Part shown: piece by piece, positions 1 through 12,673 of the stretch | Layout: the number at the start of each line of letters is the position of its first letter | Numbering within the stretch: position 1 is the stretch's first letter | NCBI RefSeq assembly: GCF_009914755.1 | Contig: NC_060937.1 | DNA: 64,000 nucleotides | Source: the human T2T-CHM13v2.0 reference genome, Homo sapiens | Reading direction: 5' to 3' (one strand) | Translations under genes and position numbers: made by a program | Notes under the pieces: model-generated | The model's database searches: none | Told to the model about the DNA's origin: nothing | The model's input: the letters and a program-made list of their open reading frames with translations, nothing else

Positions 1-109
1 TGTAATGCAAAAGTATTGATTTGATTTTGACATAATTACTTTTAATATGAGTGTTAAAAGTTTCTGTTGTAACCACTAAAATAATAGAAAGATTGTCCAA
101 TTCTCATAT

Positions 110-445
110 TAGAGGAGAAAAAACAAGTCAATTCCCAGCTTGGGCCTCTGTCTGTGTGGAGTTTGCACATTCTCTTTGTGTCTGCATAGGTCCTCTCTGA
201 CTTCCTTTCCCTTCCCAAACATGTGCATGTTAGGTGAATTGACATGTCTACATGGTCCCAGTCTGAATGAGTGATGACGTGTGTGTGAGTGTGCCCTGGG
301 AGGGAATGGCATCCTATCCAAGGCTGTTTCCCAGCTTCTGCCCTAAGCTGCAGGGACGAAGCTCTGACCCCTCGCCACTATGAATTGGAATAACCAGGTT
401 GGAAAATGAGTGAAGGAATAAATACAGATTATTGTACAATAAAAA
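110..445 (+). mobile_element. MER6-family (TcMar-Tigger) DNA transposon fragment
   Basis: Contains GTCTGTGTGGAGTTTGCACATTCTC...CATGTTAGGTGAATTGACATGTCTACATGGTCCCAGTCTGAATGAGTG...GGTTGGAAAATGAGTGAA, matching the recalled MER6 core. TIRs not seen. Confidence 0.8.
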
Positions 446-731
446 TATATATTGCTATTGATTTGACTGCATTTTATTGACTTTCTGTATTTCCTTTGAT
501 TCAAAATGTAAATTTAAAAAATACATTTCATGCAATTGAAAAGAAAAACACTTGGTGGAAGTGTGCAAGATTCTCTATCAGGGTCATTTTCAGTGACATA
601 AGTAAAATGACTTGAGGTCACTATCCTGAAATGACAAGAGTAGATGTCTCTGATTTAAGCACAGAAAGAAACAGATGCTGCAACATTTTATGTTTGTCTT
701 GCACAGGCTTCAGTCCACATGCTCCTTTAAA

Positions 732-1046
732 GGCTGGGTGCAGTGGTTCACGCCTGTAATCCCAGCACTTTGGGAGGCTGAGACGGGTGGATCACGAGGT
801 CAGGAGATCAAGACCATCCTGGCTAACACGGTGAAACCCCATCTCTACTAAAAAAAAAAAAAAAAAAAAAAAGAATAGCCAGGCATGGTGGCGGGTGTCT
901 GTAGTCCCAGCTACTCAGGAGGCTGAGGCAGGAGAATGGTGTGAACCCAGGAGTTGGAGCTTGCAGTGAGCAGAGATCATGCCATGCACTCCAGCCTGGG
1001 CAACAGAGCAAGACTCTGTCTCAAAAAAAAAAAAAAAAAAAAAAAA
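732..1046 (+). mobile_element. AluY SINE, full length, with middle A-rich linker expanded to 23 A
   Basis: Dimeric Alu with Y-type diagnostics (GAGATCAAGACCATCCTGGCTAACACGG, AGAATGGTGTGAACCC, GGAGCTTGCAGTGAG). Poly-A tail 1023-1046. Confidence 0.95.
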
Positions 1047-2301
1047 TCCAATGACAAAATCATTTTTTTTCTGCCAAAGTGTTCACAAAACTGCAATCTG
1101 GTTTTAAGGTTTCCAAATTGTACCAAAGATAATTTAAAGCATTACGATGCATAAAAACCTTCTAATTAAGAAAACCCTGGGTGCTAGGTCATTTACTTTC
1201 ACTAATTGAACATGTTCATTATATTAAATTCCATTTGCAATTTATCGATGTAAGTAGTATGACAAGTATTCATAGGAAACCCTTGTACTGTATCTCAGTA
1301 TTGTTGAGGGGATTGTTTTATTTCATTTTTCTTTTATTTGGGTACAAATATTGCTCATTAATTTCACATAAATAGCTTATGTCATTTCTTTTAGTTGGTT
1401 TAAGACACTGACTCTTGGTGTAACACTAGTCCTGTTTCTATTGCTACCAAAAACAAATGACTAATAGCCAGGGTTTTGTTCCTCTTGTCCTTCTGCCAAA
1501 TTCTTGACATAATTTGGCTAAATGTAATTTTCTCTGACACCTGTTCTAGTCGCCTTCTCATTTTTTCCATTTACATCTGATTTCCTCGTCACCCTCCCTC
1601 TCCTTTTCACTCATTCCTCAATTGATTTGGTTCCCTAGCACAGTCAAGAATGCGTTATACTTGTTTTTAAAAATCCCCTAAAATTATTTATCTGTAGATT
1701 TTGATGTACGTTCCAGAAGGTTGAATGCCCGAGTCATATACATGTAGTCCAATAGAATTAACAGCTGTAAAACCTATTAGAGTTAGTACCTTATCTATTT
1801 CTTGGCATTGGCAAAGTAGTAGTTGGTCAGGAATAATCTGATTTGATAGAAGTCAAAAGTGTGGAAAGAGAACCAAACACAGGCTAATTGCTGGGGAGAG
1901 TGCATCCAGTATGAAGAGCCATGGAAACCAGAGTCAAGACTCGGGTTCTGACTACTGCCTAGGCAATCAGCGCAGCATGCACAGCAGGGGAAGGGTGGAC
2001 ACCTGTGCAGAAGTTTGCTGATGCATTGGACCACAATGGCTATGGCGATGCCAACATGTCCCTTCTATCAGCCACGTAGTGTGGTCACTAAGCTGTGATT
2101 GTAGAAACTGCTCACAGCTGGATGTTGCCCAAATACTCATTTTCCATAATGTAAACAATTTATTTAAAACTACTATAATTCATGAGACTCATAAACATAT
2201 ATACTCTTACTCCTTTACAGCCCAGAAAAATACAAACACACATTCATACAGCTTCTGGTTGAAATTGAGACACATCTATACATATATGTGTTTTAATTTC
2301 C

Positions 2302-2303
<2 letters not shown>

Positions 2304-2372
<69 letters not shown>

Positions 2373-2375
2373 TAT
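2304..2375. repeat. Compound (TA)n(CA)n microsatellite
   Basis: About 25 TA units followed by about 9 CA units, read directly. Confidence 0.98.
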
Positions 2376-3929
2376 GGGGGAAATCAAGCAAATTTATACT
2401 ACCAATATAACAACAGCAAAAAGAAACATTAACCTTTGAGTAAGTTGTAGTGAAGCCTGTGCATGTTCCTTTTCCACAACAAGACATACTTTAGCAAAAC
2501 TCTGGATCCTGCATTAGAGTTGGTCTTGGCATAGAAGTATACATTTTGTAATCCCACTTTAAGCCTTGGGTGTTCTGTATCCCTAATTGAGGGAAGGAAC
2601 TTTAGCATATTTTTTAACTTAGTCCAGTTGAATGTGTTTGCTGCTACTCAACCATTAGTCTGCTAAGTCTTCAATTTCAGACAGGAATTTTATTAATGGC
2701 TCCTTATTAACACCTCTGACAACTTCATAAATAAAAATTATAACCTGAAAAAAATTCAACTTTAGACCATAAGAAATAACTAGCTATTGGAAATGGAAAA
2801 CAAGTTTCACTGTTTTAACTAACAGAAGCTTCTCAGTACACAGGAATAGCATGCCTCAAATCTAAGACAAATTTTGAAATGAGCATTTATTCTTTATCTG
2901 AATGGTATTTTCCTTAAGTGTCATTTTTCAGTAGCCCAAACAGAAATAGCTCATTCTCTGAACTGTTTATCTATAAAGTTTTCCATATTTGTGTCTGTAA
3001 AATTAACTCGGTTTTTCTTATAACAATGAAAACACGGTCTAATTTACCATGCCAAAAGTTACTGTAAAGATTACAAAAAAACATGTTGCAGAAAGATGAC
3101 TTAGGGTTAGTTTATCATGTAATGAAGATAAGAAGACCAAGGACAGTTTCTATTTGGCAGGCTGTAAGTAGAGACATATTTAGCAAAAACAGTTAAACAG
3201 AAGAAGTAAGTTAGAACCAGGAAGGTAAGTTCTATACCTCTAAAAGCTTTTTATCCAGATGAGTTAGATGCATTTAATAATTATATTTCTGAAAAACAGT
3301 TACAACATTTATTAAGATACATTAGGTTGGTTATTATTTTGTATCCTTGTCTGAGACTTCCCATTTTAATAAATATTAAGATGGTGTGTCTCTATAAATT
3401 TAGAAAAATCATAATTATAATAATAAATGCATTCTAGGTGAGCAATGTGCCCTCCTTTCTCATACAGTATGGGTCTGGATACAAAGTCCTTTGCAACAAC
3501 CTGGCTGGGAATCGACGAAAACGGCCATAGGGCAGAGGAGTAAGATGAGCGTACCAGCCTCTCCAGGATGCCTGTAGCCCATCTTCCTTCTCTCCCAAGA
3601 AAACAGCTCCACGTCCTATTGCTAAGCTGTAGCATATGCACGCTGGGGCCCAGGGATTCTCAGAATCGCAGAAGATACAAAAATTTAACCTCCTAATTTA
3701 GGTTAGGAATGAGGAATGAAGGACATTTTACTTATCTTACTTCTCAGGAGAAGATAATGAAAAATCATCTCTACATTCTGAACTTTTTAAAATTTATTTT
3801 ACTGCCCCATGAAATTATCAGAGGACGTTACATTCTTTGCGAGCTTTTCCAATTCATATCACGTTTTCTTTCCTATTTTTCTGTCATTTATGAGAACAAG
3901 TATGGTGTCAGCACACTCATGCATGCATG

Positions 3930-4165
3930 CATTCTTGGATTTATTCAATTATTTATTCAGAATAATTTAGTTGTCACCACTGTGCCCCAAGCCGAGTGAT
4001 TGATCTTAGAAATCAGTGGTGAAAAATGTCCCTTTTCCACTCAATTGATAGAACAAGAAAGATAATTATATAACTAACTAGATGATAATAGACATGAGAG
4101 TGAAGCATCCTAGGAACAGAGAGATGATGGCAATTAAATCAGCCTGACAGTGGGCTTCTTGAGAC
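3930..4165 (-). mobile_element. L2 LINE 3' end fragment
   Basis: ATTCAATTATTTATTCAG...CACCACTGTGCCCCAAG...CAGTGGTGAA resembles the reverse complement of the L2 3' terminus; heavily diverged. Confidence 0.5.
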
Positions 4166-4194
4166 TTGCTATTGCTTCCAGTAAGGTTTGGTTT

Positions 4195-5158
4195 CATCAG
4201 AGTGAACAGGCAACCTACAGAATGGGAGAAAATTTTTGCAATCTACCCATCTGACAAGGGGCTAATATCCAGAATCTACAAAGAACTTAAACAAATTTAC
4301 AAGAAAAAAACAAACAACTCCATCAAAAAGTGGGCAAAGGACATGAACAGACACTTCTCAAAAGAAGACATTTATGCAGCCAAAAAACACATGAAAAAAT
4401 GCTCACCATCACTGGCCATCAGAGAAATGCAAACCAAAACCACAATGAGATACCATCTCACACCAGTTAGAATGGCAATCATTAAAAAGTCAGGAAACAA
4501 CAGGTGCTGGAGAGGATGTGGAGAAATAAGAACACTTTTACACTGTTGGTGGGACTGTAAACTAGTTCAACCATTGTGGAAGTCAGTGTGGCAATTCCTC
4601 AGGGATCTAGAACTAGAAATACCATTTGAGCCAGCCATCCCATTACTGGGTATATAGCCAAAGGACTATAAATCATGCTGCTATAAAGACACATGCACAC
4701 GTATGTTTATTGCGGCTCTATTCACAATAGCAAAGACTTGGAACCAACCCAAATGTCCATCAATGATAGGCTGGATTAAGACAATGTGGCACATATACAC
4801 CATGGAATACTACGTAGCCATAAAAAATGATGAGTTCATGTCCTTTGCAGGGACATGGATGAAACTGGAAACCATCATTCTCAGCAAACTATCACAAGGA
4901 CAGAAAATGAAACACTGCATGTTCTCACTCATAGGTGGGAATTGAACAATGAGAACACTTGGACACAGGGCGGGGAACATGACACACTGGGGCCTGTCGG
5001 GGGGTGGGGGGCTGGGGGAGGGATAGCATTAGGAGAAATACCTAATATAAATGTCGAGTTGATGGGTGCAGCAAACCAACATGGCACATGTATACCTATG
5101 TAACAAACCTGCACGTTGTGCACATGTACCCTAGAACTTAAAGTATAATAATAATAAA
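4195..5158 (+). mobile_element. L1PA (L1PA5/6-like), 5'-truncated: ORF2 C-terminus plus 3'UTR
   Basis: Encodes [13 protein letters not shown]...[13 protein letters not shown]...HCMFSLIGGN. 3'UTR has the G-rich tract and ends CCCTAGAACTTAAAGTATAATAATAATAA. Confidence 0.97.
4197..4945 (+). pseudogene. L1 ORF2p C-terminal remnant with in-frame stop at 4655-4657
   Basis: ORFs 4166-4657 and 4703-4945 are in the same frame and match the ORF2p C-terminal Cys-rich region. No endonuclease or RT domain present. Confidence 0.9.
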
Positions 5159-5186
5159 CAAAGAATATGAATGGAAAACTATTAAA

Positions 5187-5313
5187 CCCATTTATGCCTA
5201 GTTTCCATTATTGGAACACTAAGTTTGTGGGAGTTATTTATGTCCTACTGCTCAAGGTCATCGTCAAAATTGCATACATACATACAAAAATTGCAAACTC
5301 TGGCATAAATGGG
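5187..5313 (+). mobile_element. MER85 non-autonomous piggyBac element
   Basis: Perfect 12-bp TIRs CCCATTTATGCC / GGCATAAATGGG. TTAA at 5182-5185 (then one extra A) and 5314-5317. Internal palindrome TTCCATTATTGGAA at 5203-5216. Confidence 0.93.
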
Positions 5314-5898
5314 TTAATCAAGGAAAGGAGTTGCAGCAAGCTAAACTGTGAAAATACTTAAATTGGTTACAAAGAGAGAAGCAAGAAAGAAGCAGAAACT
5401 TCTTCTTGCTTTATGTGAGTAAAGAAAACATAAATATAAGATACATAGTAAGGAGTTATAAAATGAACTAATACAGGAAGAAGCAGATGCAAGAGCAAGA
5501 CTGAATATTCCAATCTCCGCAGGATTGATCTGCGTCCTGTTCCAGTTGCTGTGAAGTTTGTCTGAATAATTTGTGAGAACTGTAATCCTACAAGATCTGT
5601 TTTCCTATTCCAAAAGAATGCATTCTATACACTAGGTTTACTTGAATAAGATCCTCGTTAATAAGAGAGTTCACATAAAATGTTAGTCTTATCTGAAAAC
5701 ATTTCTCTTCTTGTACTTCAGGCTCTGTTGTTTAATGTGCCCCCTAATGCATATCAAAGAGCACCAATGTAATTGGAAATACTAAGCATACAAAACAAGC
5801 AACGCCTGGTAGGCACCATTATTTCCTTTGGGAGTGCTCAATGGAGATGATGATACCCAGTAAACAGGGACAGATTCAGAGGAAACAAAAATGCCCAC

Positions 5899-6262
5899 TG
5901 TATTAGTCCGTTCTCACACTGCTATAAAGACATACATGAGACTGGGTCATTTATAAAGGAAAGAAGTTTATTTGATTCACAGTTCCACATGACTAGGGAG
6001 GCCTCAGGAAACTTACAATCATGACAGAAGGCCAGAAAGAAGCAAAGAACGTCTTACATGGTGGCAGGGGAGAGAGAGTGAAGGAGCAAAGGGAGAAAAG
6101 CCCATTATAAAACCATCAGATCACTATCCCGAGAACAGCACAGGGGAAACGGCCTCCATGATTCAATCACCTCCCACCAGGTCCCGCCCTCGACATGTGG
6201 GGATTATGGGGATTAGAGTTTGAGATGAGATTTAGGTGGGGACACAGAGCCAAGCCATATCA
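5899..6262 (-). mobile_element. MaLR solo LTR (THE1D/MSTA-like)
   Basis: TGTATTAGTCCGTTCTCACACTGCTATAAAG...GGGGACACAGAGCCAAGCCATATCA with TG..CA ends and 5-bp TSD CCCAC/CCCAT. Confidence 0.93.
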
Positions 6263-6759
6263 CCCATGAATGGTAACTGGCCAGAAATATAAGTGCATTT
6301 CAACTATCTTGGGACATCAAAAACTAATTTGGGGAATTGAAAGAAAGCTTAAATATACCTATAAATCATTGAATTCCATGGCTCTTAAAGCACTAATTCT
6401 TTTAGTTAATAAATAAATATTGTTATTGTGAATATGGAACCTTCTTTTTGTGTGACTTTAGTAAAAAAAAATCCTGAACTAGAATTTGATTGGTACAGTT
6501 CATCTTTTGAGTCAAACCCTATGACAAAGACTTGATTGAGATATCTGCCTTTGATTTAATAAGCTGTTTCAGGGTGGAGGTTGGGATACTCATCCAGAAC
6601 ATGTATGTTTAATGCAGTCAAAAACAAAAAATGGGAATTATCCAAGGCTGCCTTAGAACATCATATAGACAGGTAAGGAGAAACCCACCCACTGTTAATT
6701 ACTGAGTTTGATCAGTGCAATATTAGGGTTAGACAATGTTGCAATGGGACAAAAAGAAG

Positions 6760-7690
6760 GCTTTTTGGAAAACATAGCTCAGTAGGGATCTGGGCTGGGG
6801 ATACAGATCGTGGATTCCTTCAGCTTATGAACAGCAAGTGAAAACATAATATTATTTGTAATCATTGAGGAAGACTCTAAATTGAAAAGAAGAAATGGAC
6901 TAGAGGAAAAAACACGAGAACCACCATTCTACTGTCTTTTTTATGTGAAAATTGAAAATTCATCCAGAACAACAAACTCTATTAGTTCCACTGGGGGAAA
7001 GAGAAAGAAACATGATGAAAATTGTCATTTAAAACAGAGAAAGAGGGAAGGCACATGAACAAGTGGTCACAGAGCAAAGAGAAAAGCCAGAAAGGGACCA
7101 GAAAAAAGAAATTCCTTAAAGAAAAAGCCAAAAGTATCAAAAGCCCGACAAGACAAATTTGATTATTTGAAAAAGATGTTGACAATGGCTTCATAAAAGT
7201 TGTGTTAATTTTTTTAAAGAAGATTTAATGAGAATGGTGCAATGAGAATCCTGAAAAGGTAATAATTTGAGTAATACATGGAAGGCATGTGAATATATTG
7301 TTAGTGTAGACAACACTTTGGAAATATTTGGTTGTAAAGAGTTAGAAAGAAGTTAGAAAGGTTGAGGGAGATCTAGGGTCCTAATAGAGATTTTTTTGTG
7401 AGTGATTTTTGTTTTGGTTTGAAAATGGAAAAATGTGATTATAAAAAATGTGTAAGGGATGATTATATTAGAAAGAATTATTTCAAGAGAGAGGGGCTAG
7501 GTATAAAAAGAGATAAATTATAGAGAAAGAACTACCAAGAAGGTAAGAAAACATAAGACCTGGAACACAGGGAGCTGGTCTTAGGTGGGAGGAGGTGCAC
7601 ATTTTCTATTCCTCTCATTACAGGAAAGAAGTATCATAAGAATATAGGTATAGCTGACTATTTTAATAAAAAGAATATGAGGAAATTTTT
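6760..7690 (-). mobile_element. L2 LINE fragment (old, purine-rich on + strand)
   Basis: CTGGGCTGGGGATACAGAT...CAGCTTAT and AGTGTAGACAACACTTTGGAAATATTTGGTTGTAAAG resemble antisense L2. Confidence 0.55.
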
Positions 7691-7695
7691 TTCTT

Positions 7696-8275
7696 TGGTG
7701 AAACTGATATATTTCCCAAAGATGGCCATGATAATGTATCCCATAGCATATGCTGTTCTTTGAAAGAGTTGTTGACTTTTCTCTATTGAGACACAGGGTC
7801 CTGTTCCTTTTCCTTGAACTACATGGACTTGTGAGAACAGCAGAAGTGATACTGTGATGTAAGAGGCTAGGTCATAAAAAGCAACACAACAGCTGTCTCC
7901 CTCTCCCTTTCTCTCTCTCTCTCTCTCTCTCAACACGTGCACATTTGGAGACCTAAGCTTCTGTGTAAAATTACAGCATAATTGAAGCTCAGTGTCCATG
8001 GCAGGTACTGGAAAGAGAGAGATTTCCAAGGAGCCACGATCCAGCTCTCAGATATTCAAGTCTTTTCAGACCAGGCACCAGATAGGTAAGCAAACCTTCA
8101 GATAATTCTGTTCATTGGCCTTCAATCCACATCACCTTACACAGAGTGGAGTAAAAATGAGCTGTCACCATCAAATCTTTGCCCTAACTACATATTCATG
8201 AGCAAAATAAATATTGTTATTCTAAGCCACGAAGTTTTGGGGGTGGTTTATCATGCAGCCTTACTTACTGTAACA
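7696..8275 (+). mobile_element. MaLR LTR (MLT1G-like) with internal (CT)n
   Basis: TTCCCAAAGATGGCC near the start, GAGGCTAGGTCATAAAA internally, and 3' end ATGAGCAAAATAAAT...TAAGCCACGAAGTTTTGGGGGTGGTTT...ACTGTAACA. Confidence 0.8.
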
Positions 8276-8319
8276 TTTGGTGAGAAGGAGGTAAAATGAT
8301 CCTTGATAGGATAAGAGAT

Positions 8320-8715
8320 CATTCTCATTGATTTCTCTGGGAAGCAGATGCTGAGACGGAAGCCAGCACTAAAAGTTCACTGTGGTGTAACACCTGGAAA
8401 AGAAAAAGAAAGGGAGAAAGATTGGAAAGGACAGTCAGCAAGACAACAGCAGGTGTGCAGACATAACAAAGTATGATAGACCAGGAGGGAGCTCTGATTC
8501 AGAGAGAAAATATGCATGAGGTGGAAATAGCTAGAACCTTGTATTCTCACCTTGCTCAGATGTTGACTAAAGTCTGCCCTGAGATGAGTGTAGCCTTGAC
8601 TAGAAAGCTGAGAAAAACCTTAAAGAAGGAAACAGCTACCCATGCTCCTCAAAGTGGGGCAAAGTCTTTTTTGGGGGAGGGGGAATATAAGTAGTGAACA
8701 TACATGGATTCCACA
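8320..8715 (-). mobile_element. ERVL-class LTR (LTR33/LTR16 group), 3' LTR of the adjacent internal segment
   Basis: TCTCTGGGAAGCAGATGCTGAGA end motif. On the minus strand a polypurine tract AAGGAAAGGAG immediately precedes TGTGG at 8715. Confidence 0.65.
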
Positions 8716-11600
8716 CTCCTTTCCTTGGGGTATTTTATCCACTTCCCTGTAGAATTTGGGGAGCAACTCCTCCAGGGCCATGATGAGCCTTTCTTCCTGC
8801 TAGAAGAATGGGACTTGAAAGAGGGAGGTATTCACTTTGCTCTTAGGGACATAACTATTTCTCATTGATCTCCCCCTCTACTATTCATTCTAAATTTCCT
8901 TTGCTCAAAGATATCAACCCTCTTAATCCAGGTGGCTTACATTATGGTGCAACCCAATCCCTCATTCCTAAAACATCTGAGTCTATTCAAGAGGGTTCCC
9001 TGAGTTTCGTACATATTTTTATCCATCTACACTATCTAATAGCAACCAAACCTTCTCCTGCTGACCATGGTCAATTGCCACTGACAAGATCATGACTCCT
9101 CTTCTTGCCCACTGGCACCTAGACACCAGGTGTCAACATTCCCAGGTAACATCTGTAGGTATACTTCAATGAAAACTTTGCTCTATTACTCAGAGACAGA
9201 ATCACCTCCTGCAATCTGGGGATAGTATCTCCAACACTACAGAGCTCACAGCTAAAGTAACAAGGACAAATCAAAGTGCTTGTAAGTAGGGCCACTTTTG
9301 CTTCTATTCCATGGTTCTCAGGCCCAGCTACTCTTCTTAGTGGGAATATACCTGCATAAAAATTACTTTGATCTAATGCATGTTGGAGAATGGTGTCCCC
9401 ATCATAGGATATTGCCTCTGACTGAATGTTTTAGTGCTACCTTCAGCAGGTCATTCCAATCTCTATCATGGTGTACAGGCGATGTAACCAGTGTATCTCA
9501 TGCCTAGAGTTATTTTGTGTATAAATAGCAAACGAAAACATGATCTGTTGTATGTGATGTCATGACTATGGATCAGGCATTCTACAATCTTCTGAACAGT
9601 GGCTGAGGTCCTGTGGACTGAAAAGGGGATCCCATACCCAGAACAGATGTCAATTCCTATGAGAACAAATTTCTGTTTATTCCAGACATGAAGGAACCCA
9701 GTGGAGTTGATTTGTTACCCAGTGGCCCAGATCTCCCCATGCAATAGTGTGTTGGTCTCTGCTGCTGGCACGTTGGATGTAAAGAAGCAGTAGTAGCTAG
9801 ATCAGCCTTCATATGTGGGAGCCCATGTGGTTGAGCCCATGCAGAACTCTTATATCTACCCCTGTGGCCACTTTGTGTATGTGCCCCTTATGCCAGCACT
9901 GGGGTGGCTGTGAACAAAAGCTGATTAACATCAACTGGATAAGTCACTTTGTCTATCTGGTTATTTGTTGCCACTTTCATGCCACATGCTTTCTTAGAGG
10001 TCTTAACATGAGATACAATGTTTTTCACACTTCCTCTCAATGCATATATTCTTTCACATGCCTTTAACTCATGTAATTTTGACTTATATCTTCCAGCCTT
10101 TTTCCTTTTTGGCACCTATCAGCCAGAGAGACCACTGGTCAATTCTCATGAATCAATACATACCCTAACCTACGGTTTCTTTTCATTCCCTATGATGAGC
10201 AAGTACACTGTCCACAACATTGTGCACTGAGAATTTTTTTCCTTGCTACTGTATTTCAAGTTCTTCCATAAATGTAGCTGAAATGCATTTGCCATCCATT
10301 TTCTGAGTTTACGTTACACCAACTCAACCTTTCCATTATGTGAGGCTGGATTTTCCCTCCTTCTTCAGTTGGTATAGAAACATCCCTTATGATGACAGGT
10401 ATGATTTCAAGGTAAGGTACTGGTCAAAACAGATGGGAGAAATGAAGGTCTAGGCTATCATCTCATGCATTTGTGTATGTCCTCTCGGCCCACTTAATTC
10501 TAGATGTTCCATTTCTATCTTGCAAATAAACTGCCGCTATGCCTACCATCTTTGTTACCTGCATGGCCAGAGAAGGCTGCAGTGCCAGAATTGCTCAGGA
10601 TAAGCTTTTCTGGATGCCTGGTCACTTGGTATCCATGGCTGAGTGTCCAGTCTTTACTAAGTTTCAGTAGCATACTTTTTTTTTCCAAAATCATGTAGTT
10701 TTCTGCTGTAGGTTGCTTAGCCTTGCTCCAGAAAACTAGCGTCTACATTGAGGTTCTCCTCTTCAGACTTGCCACAAACTCCAGACTGCATTTTTGTTCA
10801 ACATTGTCACATTCATTACCATAGAGTCTGTAGATCATACAGCCCATGAAGCAGGTCATAAAGCCACCCCTTTTTTTTCCTCAGGAACCTGCTCAGGACA
10901 ATCAGACTTCGAATTTCACCTGGCTTATCATCTTAACCAGCATTCTTAGATGTTGACTTAATTGCTTCTAGGACCCTAGAAGTAATACAGTCTTTTCTTC
11001 TATGTGGAAGTAGATTAAAAATACAACAATCCATCTTTACCTTTAATGGCAATGTCCTTGCATGCCCCTGACCTTGGGATCTAGAAAATTTTTACTTTCC
11101 AGGCTCTACAAAACATATTTTTTAGCAAGGCTTCCATCATACGTGCCAACTCATACACATCTTGCCTGATTGGCATCATATAATCAGTACTTGGTGTTCT
11201 GCAATGGTGTTCATGTCGTCCAGATCTTTTCAGACTATAAAAGGTGCTAACATAGTGTTAAGGCATTATATTAAGCATGGATTGTTTTTTGTTCCATACA
11301 AATGAGACATTTTTCAGATCCTCTTTCTTGATTAGGATGGAAAGTAACTCATTTGTCAAATCAAGGACCTCTTGGTTGAGCTCTAGCCATTCCACTGTCA
11401 CTCTCCAGCATCCATCAGGTTGTTCAGGAGCCAGAGAGGAAAATTAAATGGAGACATGGTAGACATCATCATCCATGCATTTTTTAGATCTTTAACATGA
11501 GCTTATATTCACCATTTTCCCCAGGAAGTGATGTCATTTCTAATTTACTATCTTGGCCAGGAGAGGAGGGAGAGCATTCAGTGTTTTCTTGGGGCCTCGC
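8716..11600 (-). mobile_element. Degenerate ERVL internal region (pol: RT, RNase H, integrase)
   Basis: Minus-strand translation near 11400-11500 gives VKDLKNAWMMMSTMSPFNFPLW, compare ERVL IKDLKDAGVVIPTTSPFNSPIW. Further pol-like patches near 10620-10660 and 9800-9960. Many stops and frameshifts. Confidence 0.8.
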
Positions 11601-12317
11601 TTAGAATTAGAGAGGAGAAATTAATAATATATTAATACATGATTTTTCACAGAAAATTAGTATCTAAAGTATAAGCAAAAAAGAAGCTGAACAATTGGTT
11701 TGATTCAGAGATGGTATTTTTCTCAAGATCGAGTTCTAGAGAGAAACTAAAGCTGTTTCAAGTGAGGGATAATAAAATATTTGATATATATGGGAAGAAA
11801 TAAAGACAGGAAGTGTTTAGATATTTCATAAAAATGTAGAATCATCAAGAGACTGAAGTTTTTAAGATGTTTAAGGGTTAATATGGTCATAATTGAAAGA
11901 TTTGGAAGGAAAAGTGTTTTTGGTCAGAGGGTGGAAAAATTAGATTTAATATGGAGCATTTTCAGCCCGAATAAATTGATGTGAACATGCAGGGAATGGT
12001 ATCCCAGAACACCACCGTGAGGAGTGGAGTCCGGGAATTATTTATAGATAAGGTGGCTTGGTGTCTGTGCTGTAGGGGAAGAGATGGAGAAAGAGGGAGG
12101 AAATTTCAGCTGTGGGTTTAGGGGGCATGAATGTGCTTCTGCAGTTGGGGTGACAGGGACATGGTATTTTTGGTAGTGTGAAGAGCCATGTACTTTCCAT
12201 GTATGCAGAACATAGGAAACCACTGACTTATGGCAGAATCTGCACTTCTCAGAGTGAGGTTCCATGTGACTGTACTTCAGGGACATGGTTGTTGAGAGTA
12301 GAAATACTGAAGAAACC

Positions 12318-12673
<356 letters not shown>

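Noticed and set aside
2079-2487. ORFs with YIYIYI/HTHT runs
   Set aside because: Translations of the microsatellite.
4166-4657. 163-aa ORF as a host gene
   Set aside because: It is the L1 ORF2p C-terminus of a truncated element, with a non-ATG start in flanking DNA.
5159-5317. MER85 as a 3' transduction of the upstream L1
   Set aside because: No second poly-A tail or TSD after it, and it has its own TTAA sites.
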